A stretch of DNA of 63,036 nucleotides, filler included, from Octopus bimaculoides (Eukaryota): NCBI RefSeq assembly GCF_001194135.2. It is 6 parts of 5 records of this genome, joined end to end, with 100 filler letters (N's around TTAATTAATTAA, not from the genome) between each part and the next. Parts side by side here need not be neighbours in the genome. Positions count along the whole stretch, not along the records: positions 15,427 to 26,183 come from NC_068996.1; positions 26,284 to 42,069 come from NC_068994.1; 4 more parts are not named here. The stretch is one strand, 5' to 3'. Positions 24,591 through 35,878 of this stretch are shown here, piece by piece (the stretch's first letter is position 1; the number at the start of each line of letters is the position of its first letter). Both the position numbers and the translations under genes were made by a program. The notes under the pieces were generated by a model. That model saw only the letters and a list, made by a program, of their open reading frames with translations, had not been told where the DNA came from and made no database searches.

Positions 24591-26155
24591 TACCCTTGTT
24601 TCCAAGGGGTACTCTTGTTGGTGGAACCCTTGTTTCCAAGGGGACCCCAAGCCACGCGCATTCACGCAACCAATCTTGACCATGATCCTATTGAGTTGTT
24701 TGCTTTAAAACACACTCGAAACGAACAGAGTGTTACTTACCGTTCGAAAGTTCAGTTTCCTCCTTTGATTTTTTACCAAGGAGGCTACTATACAGTTTTT
24801 TTACATAAATATTTTTGACATCCCCCTACCGCATTGGGGAAGAGGGATTTTAGTGTGTGGTGCAATGTTGGTGAAATGTGGTAAATTTTGATCTGTTCTG
24901 GTGGTGTTGTGTATGGGTGGTTGCTCGTTTTAATGTCGTTTTCTGTAATGTTTGTTTTTGTGTTGTGTTTCATCAACTCTGTGTTTGTAGTGTCTATTGC
25001 TGTGAGCATATTTCCTGTATGTATTTTTGTGGTGTTGATGTTGTTTGTGGTAGGTTTCGAGATGTCTTCGGGAGATGTATATCTCCTTACTTTGTTCGCG
25101 TTTGCATTGGGTTTGCTCCGTTTTTTTGCTCCTTTTCTTCCTTCCTTTTCTGGCTATTTGCCATTCCTCATTGCTTTCGTCTTCCGACGAAATTTCTGAG
25201 GAATCGGAAGGGGGTAGGGACATGTCGTATGCATCTGTGTTTATTTGTGTAAGTGGTTGTGTTGTTGTTTTCGTTGTTGTTGGTTGTTGACTCTCTGGTT
25301 GTGGTGCATGTGATGTGGGGGAAGGGGAATCAGTTTTTGTATTGTCTTTTGGTTTTACTGTTTCATTAGTTCTTGCTGTTGTAGTTGGTGTTTTTTCAGA
25401 TGCTGTTGCATGTCCATTTGTTGGTGTTGGCGGGTTTCTTTTGTTTTACTCCCTTTGCTTGTTCTCTGTGTTGATGGTGGTGTGGGTAGTAAGGGTTCTT
25501 TTTGTCTGGTATTTTTTCCTTGTTGTGATTGTTGTTCTTGCTCTTGTTTTTGTTGATTTTTTGTTTTTTGCTGTTGGGCAGTCAGTTCTGAGGTGCTCTT
25601 CGCTGCCACACAAGTAACAGCGAGGCCTCCTACCTTCTACAATTACGTAGAAATTATGGCCGTCTGGCAGCTCAATTTGGTGTGGGATGCTATTAATTTG
25701 GTTTTGATTAATTTGCAACAATAACTTAATCGTTTTTCCCGACCAGTTCTGTTGCTGCAAAGTAGCAACCTCGAGGATGTTGATGTCTTCTTCCATGCGG
25801 TAGCAAATGGCAGACAAAAGCCATTGTGACTCTACCTCAGGAGGGACATTCTTGATCGAAACTTTGGTCACACGTTGACCAAGATAGGTCGGAATTAAAA
25901 TGCTGGTCCATGAAATAATCTGACCAACGTTCCACAATAACATTTCTCGACATTTTTAAAAGTCTAGAATTAAATATATAAATTTAATTGGGGTTGAAAC
26001 TGCCCCTAAGGGCCAATTCCTCCCTTGGAAACACACTCAAACGAAAGTTGAGTGCTTCACACACCTTATGGACAAAAATGTTAACAAAATGTGGGCTATA
26101 AATGGACAAAAAAAGGATTACCCTCGGAGCCGATGCGACAACACGTCAGTCGATA
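24591..26155 (-). mobile_element. L1/Tx1-clade 5' UTR + ORF1, copy 1, + first codons of ORF2
   Basis: GRRPRCYLCGSEEHLRTDCP is a CX2CX4HX4C knuckle at 25578-25619. The ORF2 start MVKIGCVNARGLGSPWKQG lies near 24685-24630. Confidence 0.85.
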
Positions 26156-26489
26156 AATAGATAGATAGATAGATAGATAGATANNNNNNNNNNNNNNNNN
26201 NNNNNNNNNNNNNNNNNNNNNNNNNNNTTAATTAATTAANNNNNNNNNNNNNNNNNNNNNNNNNNNNNNNNNNNNNNNNNNNNTATATATATATATATAT
26301 TACTACCAAATCCACTCACAAGGCTTTGGTCGGCCCGATGCTATAGTAGAGGACACTTGCCCAAGGTGCCACACAGTGGGACTGAACCCATGACGTACCA
26401 AACATCCACTATATGTTTGTATGCGTGTTTATCTCTATCCTTATCTCTATCCTTATATCTCTATCCTTATATCTCTATCCTTATATCAT

Positions 26490-26950
26490 TTTCAGGGTGA
26501 GTCCATAGAACACACAATAACAACACACAAAAGAGGATTACAACATTTTGACTTACAATAAAGGATAGCAAGACAAAATATACACGATAATAGCACATAA
26601 TGAGGAGCACAGAAAACCCACGACCGATAACTCTGAAAATATACCATGATATTACACAATGAACAGGACGATATCATATAAATTGCTAGATATTAATATG
26701 CACAAAACATACGAACATAACGCAAAGAATTACAGGGCAATATCGTATATAACAAGTGATGACACTACACAAAACCCATAGCGGCCACACACTATTAGAC
26801 CGCATAAATACCACGATTATAACACGAATCACACTATTTTAAGTCATGAAGACACAATGCTAGCACATTAAACATGGTGATAAGAGATAACAAGGAAAGG
26901 TAGACCGCCATTCACAATCGATATACTATCGACATTATCATCATATTAAG
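26490..26950 (+). mobile_element. Highly decayed Penelope-like element (GIY-YIG endonuclease region) remnant
   Basis: Broken reading fragments NIVY... and NASTL...GRPPFTID resemble PLE endonuclease C-termini. A hammerhead-like terminal repeat follows. Confidence 0.4.
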
Positions 26951-27098
26951 ATATTGTGTGTGTATGTATGTATGTATGTATGTATGTATGTATGCATGCA
27001 TATATATGTGTGTGTATGTATATATGCGTGTGTATATATATGTATATATATATTCATAGATCGCTAGCCACTACACATTCTTTTTTTCTCTCCTTGTT

Positions 27099-27136
27099 TC
27101 TTTCTGTGGAAGAGCGTAGGCTCGAAACGTTAAAGA
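27099..27136 (+). ncRNA. Minimal type I hammerhead ribozyme-like motif (degenerate core) in a Penelope-like terminal repeat
   Basis: Stem I TCTTT/AAAGA; core CTGTGGA plus an extra A; stem II GAGC-GTAG-GCTC; GAAA; palindromic stem III ACGT; putative GUU cleavage triplet. Confidence 0.55.
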
Positions 27137-28031
27137 CTGTTTCACTTCCCGAGCGTTATACTAATACATCTGTTTGCTGTCTACACCACCTGTCTTTGTC
27201 TTTTTTTTTTTTTTTTGCGAATTGTCCTATATATATATATATAGGGAATTGTAAGGGAATTAGTAAGAATTCCATTCCACCCTCCAAATCCAGTGCGCTG
27301 TGCTGAGATATAAATTTCCGTGTTTTCGGCTTTTAAAGCATTTTAATTTTTATAACAAAGTTAAATTTTTATAACTGGTTCTTACCCATTTCATTTCTTC
27401 AAAGATATAATTTTTTTTTTCTCCAAACATAGTTGGAATCAACATTGGACTGTTGCTGCTATTTCTGACAGAACTTTACCACATTTTACCTGGGTGGATT
27501 CAGCCAGTTTGACAACAAACAAGACACAACATAATACAGGACTTGGGCCAGAATATGAACTGCTAACCTTTTGCTTGATTGTGTTCCTTGGTCCATGTTT
27601 TCAAAAACCGTTTTATTTGTTTAGCTCTTGCTCAACCTTGCTGAAGAAGATCTATGACACACAAATAGCAACACACACACACACACACACACACATATGT
27701 GCGTAGACACACGTAGATGATGCGAATATCAACATCGTAATAGAAAAAAGAATACATCTCCATATACGTGTATACACATTACGTATTTGCATGGTCTCAT
27801 TCACGCAAGATTAGAAACACAAAGTAAAGGACAAACTCCCACTCACAACCAAACATTTCTTGCAGCACACACGCGCATACAACTGCAAACTCACATACAC
27901 ACACATACACACACATACGCATAAACACGTGTGCACACGCATATGCACATACGTGCATGCATAGATTACACTGACGACTTTTCGGACAGTGTTTATCAGA
28001 TATCATTCTATTAGTCTTGAATTGCAAGTTC

Positions 28032-28033
<2 letters not shown>

Positions 28034-28062
<29 letters not shown>

Positions 28063-28962
28063 GGTGGTGGTGGTGGTGACGACGACGACGACGACGATCA
28101 CGATGATGATGATGATGACGATGACGGCAGCTGCGATGGTGGTGATGGTGGAAGAAGAAAGAAGAAGGAAGAAGAAAAAGAAGAAGAAGAATAGAGAAGA
28201 AAGAAGAACAAGAAGAAGAACAAGAAGAAGAACAAGAAGAGAGAGAGAGAAGAAGTAGGAGGAAGACGAGGAGGAGGAAGACGAGAAGGAGGAGGAGGAG
28301 GAGGAGGGGAGGAGAAGAAGAAGAAGAAAGAAGGAGAGCAACAAGAAGAACAAGAAGAAGACAAAGAAGAAGAAGAAGAAGAACAAGAAGAAGAAGAAGA
28401 AGAAGAAGAGAGAAGAAGACAAAGACGAAGAATAAGAAAAAGAAGAAGAAGAGAGAAGAAGCAGGAGGAAGACGAGGAGGAGGAGGACGAGGAGGAGGAA
28501 GACGGGGAGGAGGAGGAGAAGAAGAAGAAGAAGAAGAAGAAGAAGAAGAAGAAGAAGAAGACAAAGAAGAAGAAATAGGAGGAAGACGAGGAGGAGGAGA
28601 AGAAGAAGAAGGAGGAGGAGGAGGAGGAGGGGGAGGATAATGATGATGATGGAGGAAGAGGAGGAGGGGGAAGATGATGATGAGGAGGAGGAGGGAAANN
28701 NNNNNNNNNNNNNNNNNNNNNNNNNNNNNNNNNNNNNNNNNNNNNNNNNNNNNNNNNNNNNNNNNNNNNNNNNNNNNNNNNNNNNNNNNNNNNNNNNNNN
28801 NNNNNNNNNNNNNNNNNNNNNNNNNNNNNNNNNNNNNNNNNNNNNNNNNNNNNNNNNNNNNNNNNNNNNNNGAGGATAATTATGTTCTTGTTGGGTGTCA
28901 TTGTGATGACGGTGATGATGATGATGACGACGACGACGACGACGACGATGATGATGATGATG

Positions 28963-28995
<33 letters not shown>

Positions 28996-29225
28996 GTGAT
29001 GATGAAGAAGGTGGTAGTAACTGCGGTGGTGGTGGTGTTGGTAGTGGTGGTGATGGTCGAGGGTGGGTGGTGGTGGGGAGGGGTGACGCGGTGACAGTGG
29101 TGATGATGATGATGATGATGATCAAGATGATGATGATGATAGTGGTAGTAACTGTGGTGGTGATGGCCGAGGGTGGGTGGTGGTAGGGAAAGGTGACGTG
29201 GTGACAATGGTGATGATGATAATAA
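28034..29225. repeat. (GAT/GGT/GAC)n and purine-only (GAA/GAG)n tracts
   Basis: Visible directly; internal duplications are present, e.g. about 29010-29120 versus 29140-29220. Confidence 0.9.
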
Positions 29226-29339
29226 TGATGTTTCTAATCTGTGTGAAAATAAAATATCGCCCAAGTAATTATTTTTAACGGTTTGGAATATAAAATATAA
29301 AACTGGGAAGCGAAGAAGGGCGAGAAACGGCGCATAGAC

Positions 29340-29492
29340 CCACACGCACACACACATACCTGTACATACACACACACACACAAACACGCACGCACGCACA
29401 CACAAACACGCACGCATATACACACACAACACCACCTTTACATTCACATGTCATACGTATGTGTGAATATTTAAATACACATACATACACAC

Positions 29493-29545
<53 letters not shown>

Positions 29546-29752
29546 CACACACATATGAATGTATATATATATACATATACATGTATACATACATATATAT
29601 ATATATATATATACATATACATGTATACATACATATATATATATATATATACATATACATGTATACATACATATATATATATATATATACATATACATGT
29701 ATACATACATATATATATATATATATACATATATACATATACATGTATACAT

Positions 29753-29787
<35 letters not shown>

Positions 29788-30283
29788 CATACACACACAT
29801 GCCGGTATGCGTGTGTGTATGCACGTGTGTGTGTCTGTGCATCTGCATGTAGGTATATTTCATACGTGCGCTCACACACGAGCATATTTCAAACACACAT
29901 CCGCACACTCGCGCTTGCTGATGATATGACATGATGTTATAATTGCATTTGAAGGTGTGTTGCTATGCCAACCGGAGAACAAATGTCAGCTCCCTTCTGC
30001 GCGTGCGTGTTGTGGGATGTGAAAGCGGGAATGCTGTAGCGACTTTTGTGTAATGTATATGTGAACTGTGTGTGTGTGTGTGTGTGTGTGCTTGGGCGCG
30101 TGTGTGTCCGTGTGAGTGTATGCGTGTGTTTGTGTGCATATATGCATATATGCGTGTGGGTGTATGTGAGTTGGTTTTATGTGCGTGTTTGTATTAGATA
30201 TGTATTGTGTGTGTGTGTGTGTGTGTTTGTGTGTGTTTATGTACGTGCGTACGCGTGTGTGCGTTTGTGTATGTGTTTGAATG

Positions 30284-30324
<41 letters not shown>

Positions 30325-30475
30325 ATGTTTGTGTGTGTGTGCATGTGTTTTTGTAAGTGTGCGTGTGCGTGCCGTGCGTGCGTGTATACTTGCGTGCATA
30401 CGTGCGTGCGTGTATGTGTGCGTACGTGAGTGTGTGCGTGCGTGCGTTCGTGCGTTCGTGCGTGCGTGCGTGAAA
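29340..30475. repeat. (CA)n/(TG)n/(TA)n/(TGCG)n tracts with a ~36-38-nt ATACATATACATGTATACATAC(AT)n minisatellite unit at about 29570-29780
   Basis: Visible directly. Confidence 0.85.
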
Positions 30476-31167
30476 GCCTCATATCGGAAAGGCTAAAGTG
30501 TAATCATTGAAAATCACAAGGTCTTGGGATCGTACTTGGGCCAGTATCATTTCCTGAAACCTCAGTTCGGTCCATAAATCTTAAGTGAAATTGGATAAGC
30601 GGAAACTATATAGAAGCTCGCCAACCGGATTGTACATATAATTCTAAAGTACAGTCTAGTCACTCTGTCACGCCGATTCTGCAAGAAAACTATGTTAAGA
30701 ACACGTGTGTGTGGAATACTCAACCACATGGACATCGATTCAGAGACAAGAAGCTCAGTTGAGATCAAACAAGTGAATCCTTATCGCTGCGGTAGAGTTA
30801 TGAGACCAGCTACCTCTGAGGAACAGAAGTCATTATAGTAGAGACAGAAAAGGCACTGGGAGGAGCCAACACGCCTCTGATCCGTAAACTGGAGTGTGTC
30901 TGTATCAGAGTAGCAGTCAGCCGAGTGGCCCTTCTCTAGCTGCCTCAGTCGAGTGGCTTTTCTCCGAGTGCGGTCCATGATGTCAGTGAGAGTGTTAACA
31001 ACAGAACTGTCCTTAATGTGGGCGCAGTATTCCACTGTCTGTCAACAGACTACTGAGAGCGGAAATATCTTTTGGTCCTAAAGAGAAGCGTTAGGGGTTT
31101 CATGCAAGGTAATTTTTCCACAGATCAGGGATAATGCGCATAAGAAAACACAATAAAATACATAATA

Positions 31168-31609
31168 CAGGTCCTCGTCGACTTACGACCACAATTGGTT
31201 CCGATTGACCGGTCGTAAGTCGGCCTATAGGCCTACATAGCTTTGTTTTATATTTTTCCATTCTTAAGGTACATTCTCAGGTAAAAGTCACACACAACAT
31301 TCTGTATTATACTATTATATTGGCCTTAGTCAAAAATTTCGGAGTCTTATTAACAAATACGAGGTTGCTTCGATGTCTCCGCGACAGGATATTCATCCAA
31401 CACTTGGTATAACCACGGTGGTGATCGATAACCAAACCTAGAGGAAGCGTTTGCTAGCAGACATCATCCATAAACGGGTTAATTTCTAAGAAATGAAACC
31501 CGTTAGATTTCAACCGGATTATTTATTATCGCTGCCGGGAGCTGGCGCGCCAATCGTCGTAAAGCCGAACGGTCATAAGTCGGATAGGTCGGAAGTCGAC
31601 GACGACCTG
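31168..31609. mobile_element. Tigger/pogo-type MITE, 442 bp, with TA target-site duplication
   Basis: Left end TA|CAGGTCCTCGTCGACTTACGACC; right end GGTCGGAAGTCGACGACGACCTG|TA. The TIR is about 23 bp with 2 mismatches. Confidence 0.85.
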
Positions 31610-32110
31610 TATATACTACATATTCCACTTCATTCTTATTTTGGTTCCTATGCTTTCGTCATATTCCCCTCGATGTAAGTAACAAAAACTCTCAACCACT
31701 TGTCTCTGGGCCATTAAAAGATTTCATTTCATTGGGTATTTCTTCTGGCTGCTATTGTTACACGAAAGCGCGAAGCCTAATGGTTAGGGATGTTGCAATC
31801 ACGGTCGCGAAATCGTAGTTTCGATTCGCGGCCCATGCATTTTCATGCCTCTGGATCTCTTTTCTTTTGTAGCGATTCACAAAGCAAGATTTTGCGCCAC
31901 TTATTGGTAGATGAATCCCCGTGCTAATTGACTAAGCGAGCGACAAGTGTCGCCGACTTCACCAAACATTTTCAACATCTTGGCAACTATCGCCAGTAGC
32001 CCTGCTGTTTTCGTATACTTAATAACCCTTTCGATCGCACAACTGTCAATTTAACAGTTGGTCTCACAGTGGGCTCTATTTGGAGTAGTTCCTAACACAT
32101 CCAACAGCCT

Positions 32111-32183
<73 letters not shown>

Positions 32184-32913
32184 TAAATCCATGCTTCTTT
32201 CTTCACAGACTCACTGGAGACAAGCGCACTACAGCCATTCCGAACACACTTCCACCGACACCATCTTCGTTCATGATAAGACATTGCATCACAATGTGGA
32301 ACGCTTTGCATCTCTGAACACTGGAAACCCTCATAGTTTTTTTTTAGCTTCTTTCCGAGCTACGTAAACCTGGCATCTCATTAACTGATGTCTTTCCGCC
32401 TACTTCCCCCTTGCTTGCCATACTTTACTCTGACTGCTTCTTTGTGGTTTTATCTATTGCAACGTTGTATCATCGTATCACCATCTTACTCGACTGCAAC
32501 CTTCCTGCGTCCATAGATATCGGCCTGTGTCTCGAAGCAACTTACTTAGCGAAAACTCAATGATAAAGCTAAAGGCAAATGCTTCAAGGAAGAGTTCTTC
32601 ATACTTAAATCACATACGGTAAGGTTCTCAGATATTGTAATACAGTGAGCTGGGAAAACTTCGATTAAGTGAGATTAACCAAACAAACAATAAACATGAA
32701 TATCCTCTAGAAATGTTTATAACCTAACAAAGAGCAAGGGAATTAACTCCAAAAATCCCAACTAAGCGAAGTTTTGGTACGATAATCACAGTTCAGCGAG
32801 TAAGGGGTTTCTTATCAGCATCGTCAGAAAGCAACGGACATGTTTCACTCTAATTAGACCTTCTCAATGTAGCTTATTCACCTCAGTTGGTTATACTTTG
32901 AAGTAATACGCGC

Positions 32914-32944
<31 letters not shown>

Positions 32945-33075
32945 TACAGAGAAAGAGAGAGAGAGAGAGGGGAAGATGGAGAGAAAGAGAGGGAAAGACC
33001 TGAAGTTAATTATGAATGTCATCTATAACAACAATATTCTGAAGCGAAATAACCAAAACCGTTCCTTTCGCTAGG

Positions 33076-33480
33076 TCCATCCATCCATCCATCTTCTACC
33101 TTTATTCCTGGGAGGGTTGTTTGGGCTAGAGTTCTCAAGCACCTCCTCTCCAGGGTCCTATCAAAACAACCATCATTACACTTTCCGGATGGATTCCCAA
33201 GTGTGACCAACTGAGACCATGAATATTATCCAACTATCTCCTTCTTGGTGTACCCCAGAGGTGCCCTGCCGGTTGGCTTCGCTTCAAGTAACCGTCAAGC
33301 GATTCCTTCCCACGACATTCTAATCCCATGTCCGTAGTATCAGAACTGTGACCTCCCAATACAGAGAAGTAGCAGCTTGACCTGCAGAGACTCCCTGTTC
33401 TCCAGGCTACGCACCCTGTCGAATCACGTTACTCCAGAAGCCCCATTTCGGCCACAAGCATTCGCGATCCAATTCTTTTG
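33076..33480 (-). mobile_element. 3' end of an RTE-clade (Rex3/Expander-like) LINE with (GGAT)n tail
   Basis: Decayed ...GTPRRR*LDNIHGLSWSHLGIHPE...KMDGWMD, matching Rex3-type termini; (TCCA)n at 33076-33093. Confidence 0.65.
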
Positions 33481-33519
33481 GTAATTATCCAACGTTCATG
33501 ATGTTGTTGTTTTTTTTAG

Positions 33520-33790
33520 TTGCTTCAGTCATTTGACTACGGCCATACTGGAGCACCTCTTTAAAGGGCTTTTCAGTCGAAGAAATCGACCCCAGGCTTA
33601 AAAAGAATAAGCCTTGCGATCGATTTCTTCGACTAAAAAGCCCTTTAAAGAGGTGCTCCAGCACGGCCCCAGTCAAATGAGTGGAATAACTATCTATCGG
33701 TCTCTTTTGCCGGACCGCAAAGTTACAGGGATGTAAACGCACCAACATCGGTTGTCAAGCGATTGGGAGGGGGACAAACACAGACACAAA
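33520..33790 (-). mobile_element. Family-B SINE 3' part containing a fold-back inverted duplication (33529-33680)
   Basis: Matches family B, with 72/73-nt inverted arms around a 7-nt loop. Confidence 0.8.
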
Positions 33791-34563
33791 GACACTCAAG
33801 TTTCTCTAATGGAAAGAGAGCCATTCATTTCTTGGTTATAGGAACATATGCAAGGGAGGTCACCTCGAGAGTTTAAAGGGAGGCTACTCTTTAGTATTAC
33901 GTATTTATATATATTACCTTCTACAATAAAATACACGCCTTTCACATTATTTATTCTGTACATCTTTCAACTGAATTGTTGGTTGCTTGCTTCGTTAGCT
34001 GCCTTCTACTCAATGTCCATTGATCCAATTTCGATTAATATTTTTTCAGGAATCTTGCTTGTTATATATATTTCCTAAATAACATCACCGCTTACGCTTA
34101 TTGTCCGATCCCAATATACTGTATTAATATTCCTCGCACTTTCTGTTGCCTTTATTGAACTCATAAAGCAAAATATGCCGAATATGCTCCTTTGTCCCTT
34201 CCATTATAGCTTTGAACACATAAATGTTAAAATCGAACTGCTCTCTTCAAAACTTGCAAGTTCATACAGGTAGTTTATCCCGTCCTCCTCCGACTTTTAG
34301 TTCATGTAATTGAAAAAAACCGCATTATTTATGGGATGACCCAATATATAATTCTTTTGCGGAAAGGTGAAACTCGAAGCTTAAATATTGAGTTTAAAAC
34401 TCCTTTGGGGAACGGTGATACTTGAAACATAAATATTGAGTTAAAAACCAGCTTTGGAAACGAGAAGTCGAATGCTGCTGTTATTTATAGCTTTATCTGC
34501 ATCGAGTTTCACGACACCGAAAATAGAACTATTTAAAGTTCTTCCAACGTTTATAAACTCTAA

Positions 34564-34583
34564 TGACGTCAACACTATATAAG
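34564..34583 (+). promoter_or_regulatory. Candidate core promoter: perfect CRE palindrome TGACGTCA followed by TATATAAG
   Basis: TGACGTCA at 34564-34571 and TATATAAG at 34576-34583, in unique, CpG-retaining DNA. ATGGCA|GTGAGT lies at 34613-34624. Confidence 0.3.
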
Positions 34584-35846
34584 AACGTTCGACTTGGAAT
34601 AATTCTCAACTAATGGCAGTGAGTAATTCACTGCTCAGGTTACCTCACATTTCAAGAGTAACAACTACAGTTCATTTAGGTTAAATACAGAGACTTGTAT
34701 TAATGTCAACCCGATACATGATTAGCTTTAACATTTAATATATTGTACATATGAGTGTGTGAGTGACTGTGTGTGTGACTACGTGTGTGCGCGCGTGTGT
34801 GTGTGTACATCCGTATGAAAGTAGATCGTATGTGCATATGTGCGTGTATATGTGAGTGTTTTGCGAGTGTGTGTGAGTAACATAAAAGTGGGGAGAAATG
34901 GCAACATGGAGTAACATACTATTTCACTTAATTTACAAAGATAAGATCGTCTCGACAATGAGGAGAATAGAGAAATTCCGTGAAGCTGATTTCTCATGCA
35001 TCTATCTAGCAACAATAACCGCTTTGAATCTTAAGATGTTTGTTTAGTGAACGTGCTCTTATATGCTAAGGGAGTCGTAACTGAAGACTTCGTCATCCCG
35101 TTTGATAACTATCTTCTCTCTTGATCATACTTCAGTATGATCATTGTTCCAGCTTGCTCAACTAAAACAAATCCTTAAGACAAACAAAAGTACCGGCTGC
35201 AGATCATTGCTCTCGGAGCATTTGGTACCGGGGTGCACAAAAAGAATAAATTATCAAGTGCCATTTGTATTTCATTGAATATCGCGGTCTGCAGTGTGTT
35301 TTGCATGATGTACGTATAATAAATGTAATATAAATTAGTTATATACGATATGTAATATTTAAATTATATATTATGCACTTTATTGTGTCTTGTTGAGCAT
35401 GCTATCCCCCGGTCTGTGGAAAAATTGTCAAGCATGGAACTAGTCTCTGGTGCAAAAAAAGTTTGGGGAGCGCAGCTTTGTTGTACATTAGAGCATTGGT
35501 AAAGCTCATGTATGTATGTGAATGCATGCCTCTGTGTGTGTGTGTGTGTGTGTGTCTGTGACCGTGAATGAGAAGCATAGAGCGAGATCAACAAAGTACT
35601 GTCCCTTGTTTACGAACTGTAAGGGACATAACTCAATAGGTAGTTGCGACAGCAGGAAAATATATACTAGAGATCGGCTGCCTGGAAGAAAGCTTTCTCA
35701 AATCTCATATTACTGTCTTTAAAATGGAATATACACTGGATTGAGAATTCGTTGAAAAGCGATGTTGAAGAAAGGGAATTGCATGGGTCATGACTCGAAC
35801 ACTTTCGATCGATACTTACCTGGCAACAAACTTACACACACACACA

Positions 35847-35878
<32 letters not shown>

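Noticed and set aside
30781-31035. 84-aa minus-strand ORF (MEYCAHIK…)
   Set aside because: It has a GTG start after an in-frame stop and no recognisable homology. It could at most be UTR or uORF sequence.
35812-35825. U1 snRNA gene
   Set aside because: Only the first 14 nt match, and they are followed by a (CA)n/(TA)n tract with no U1 stem-loops or Sm site.
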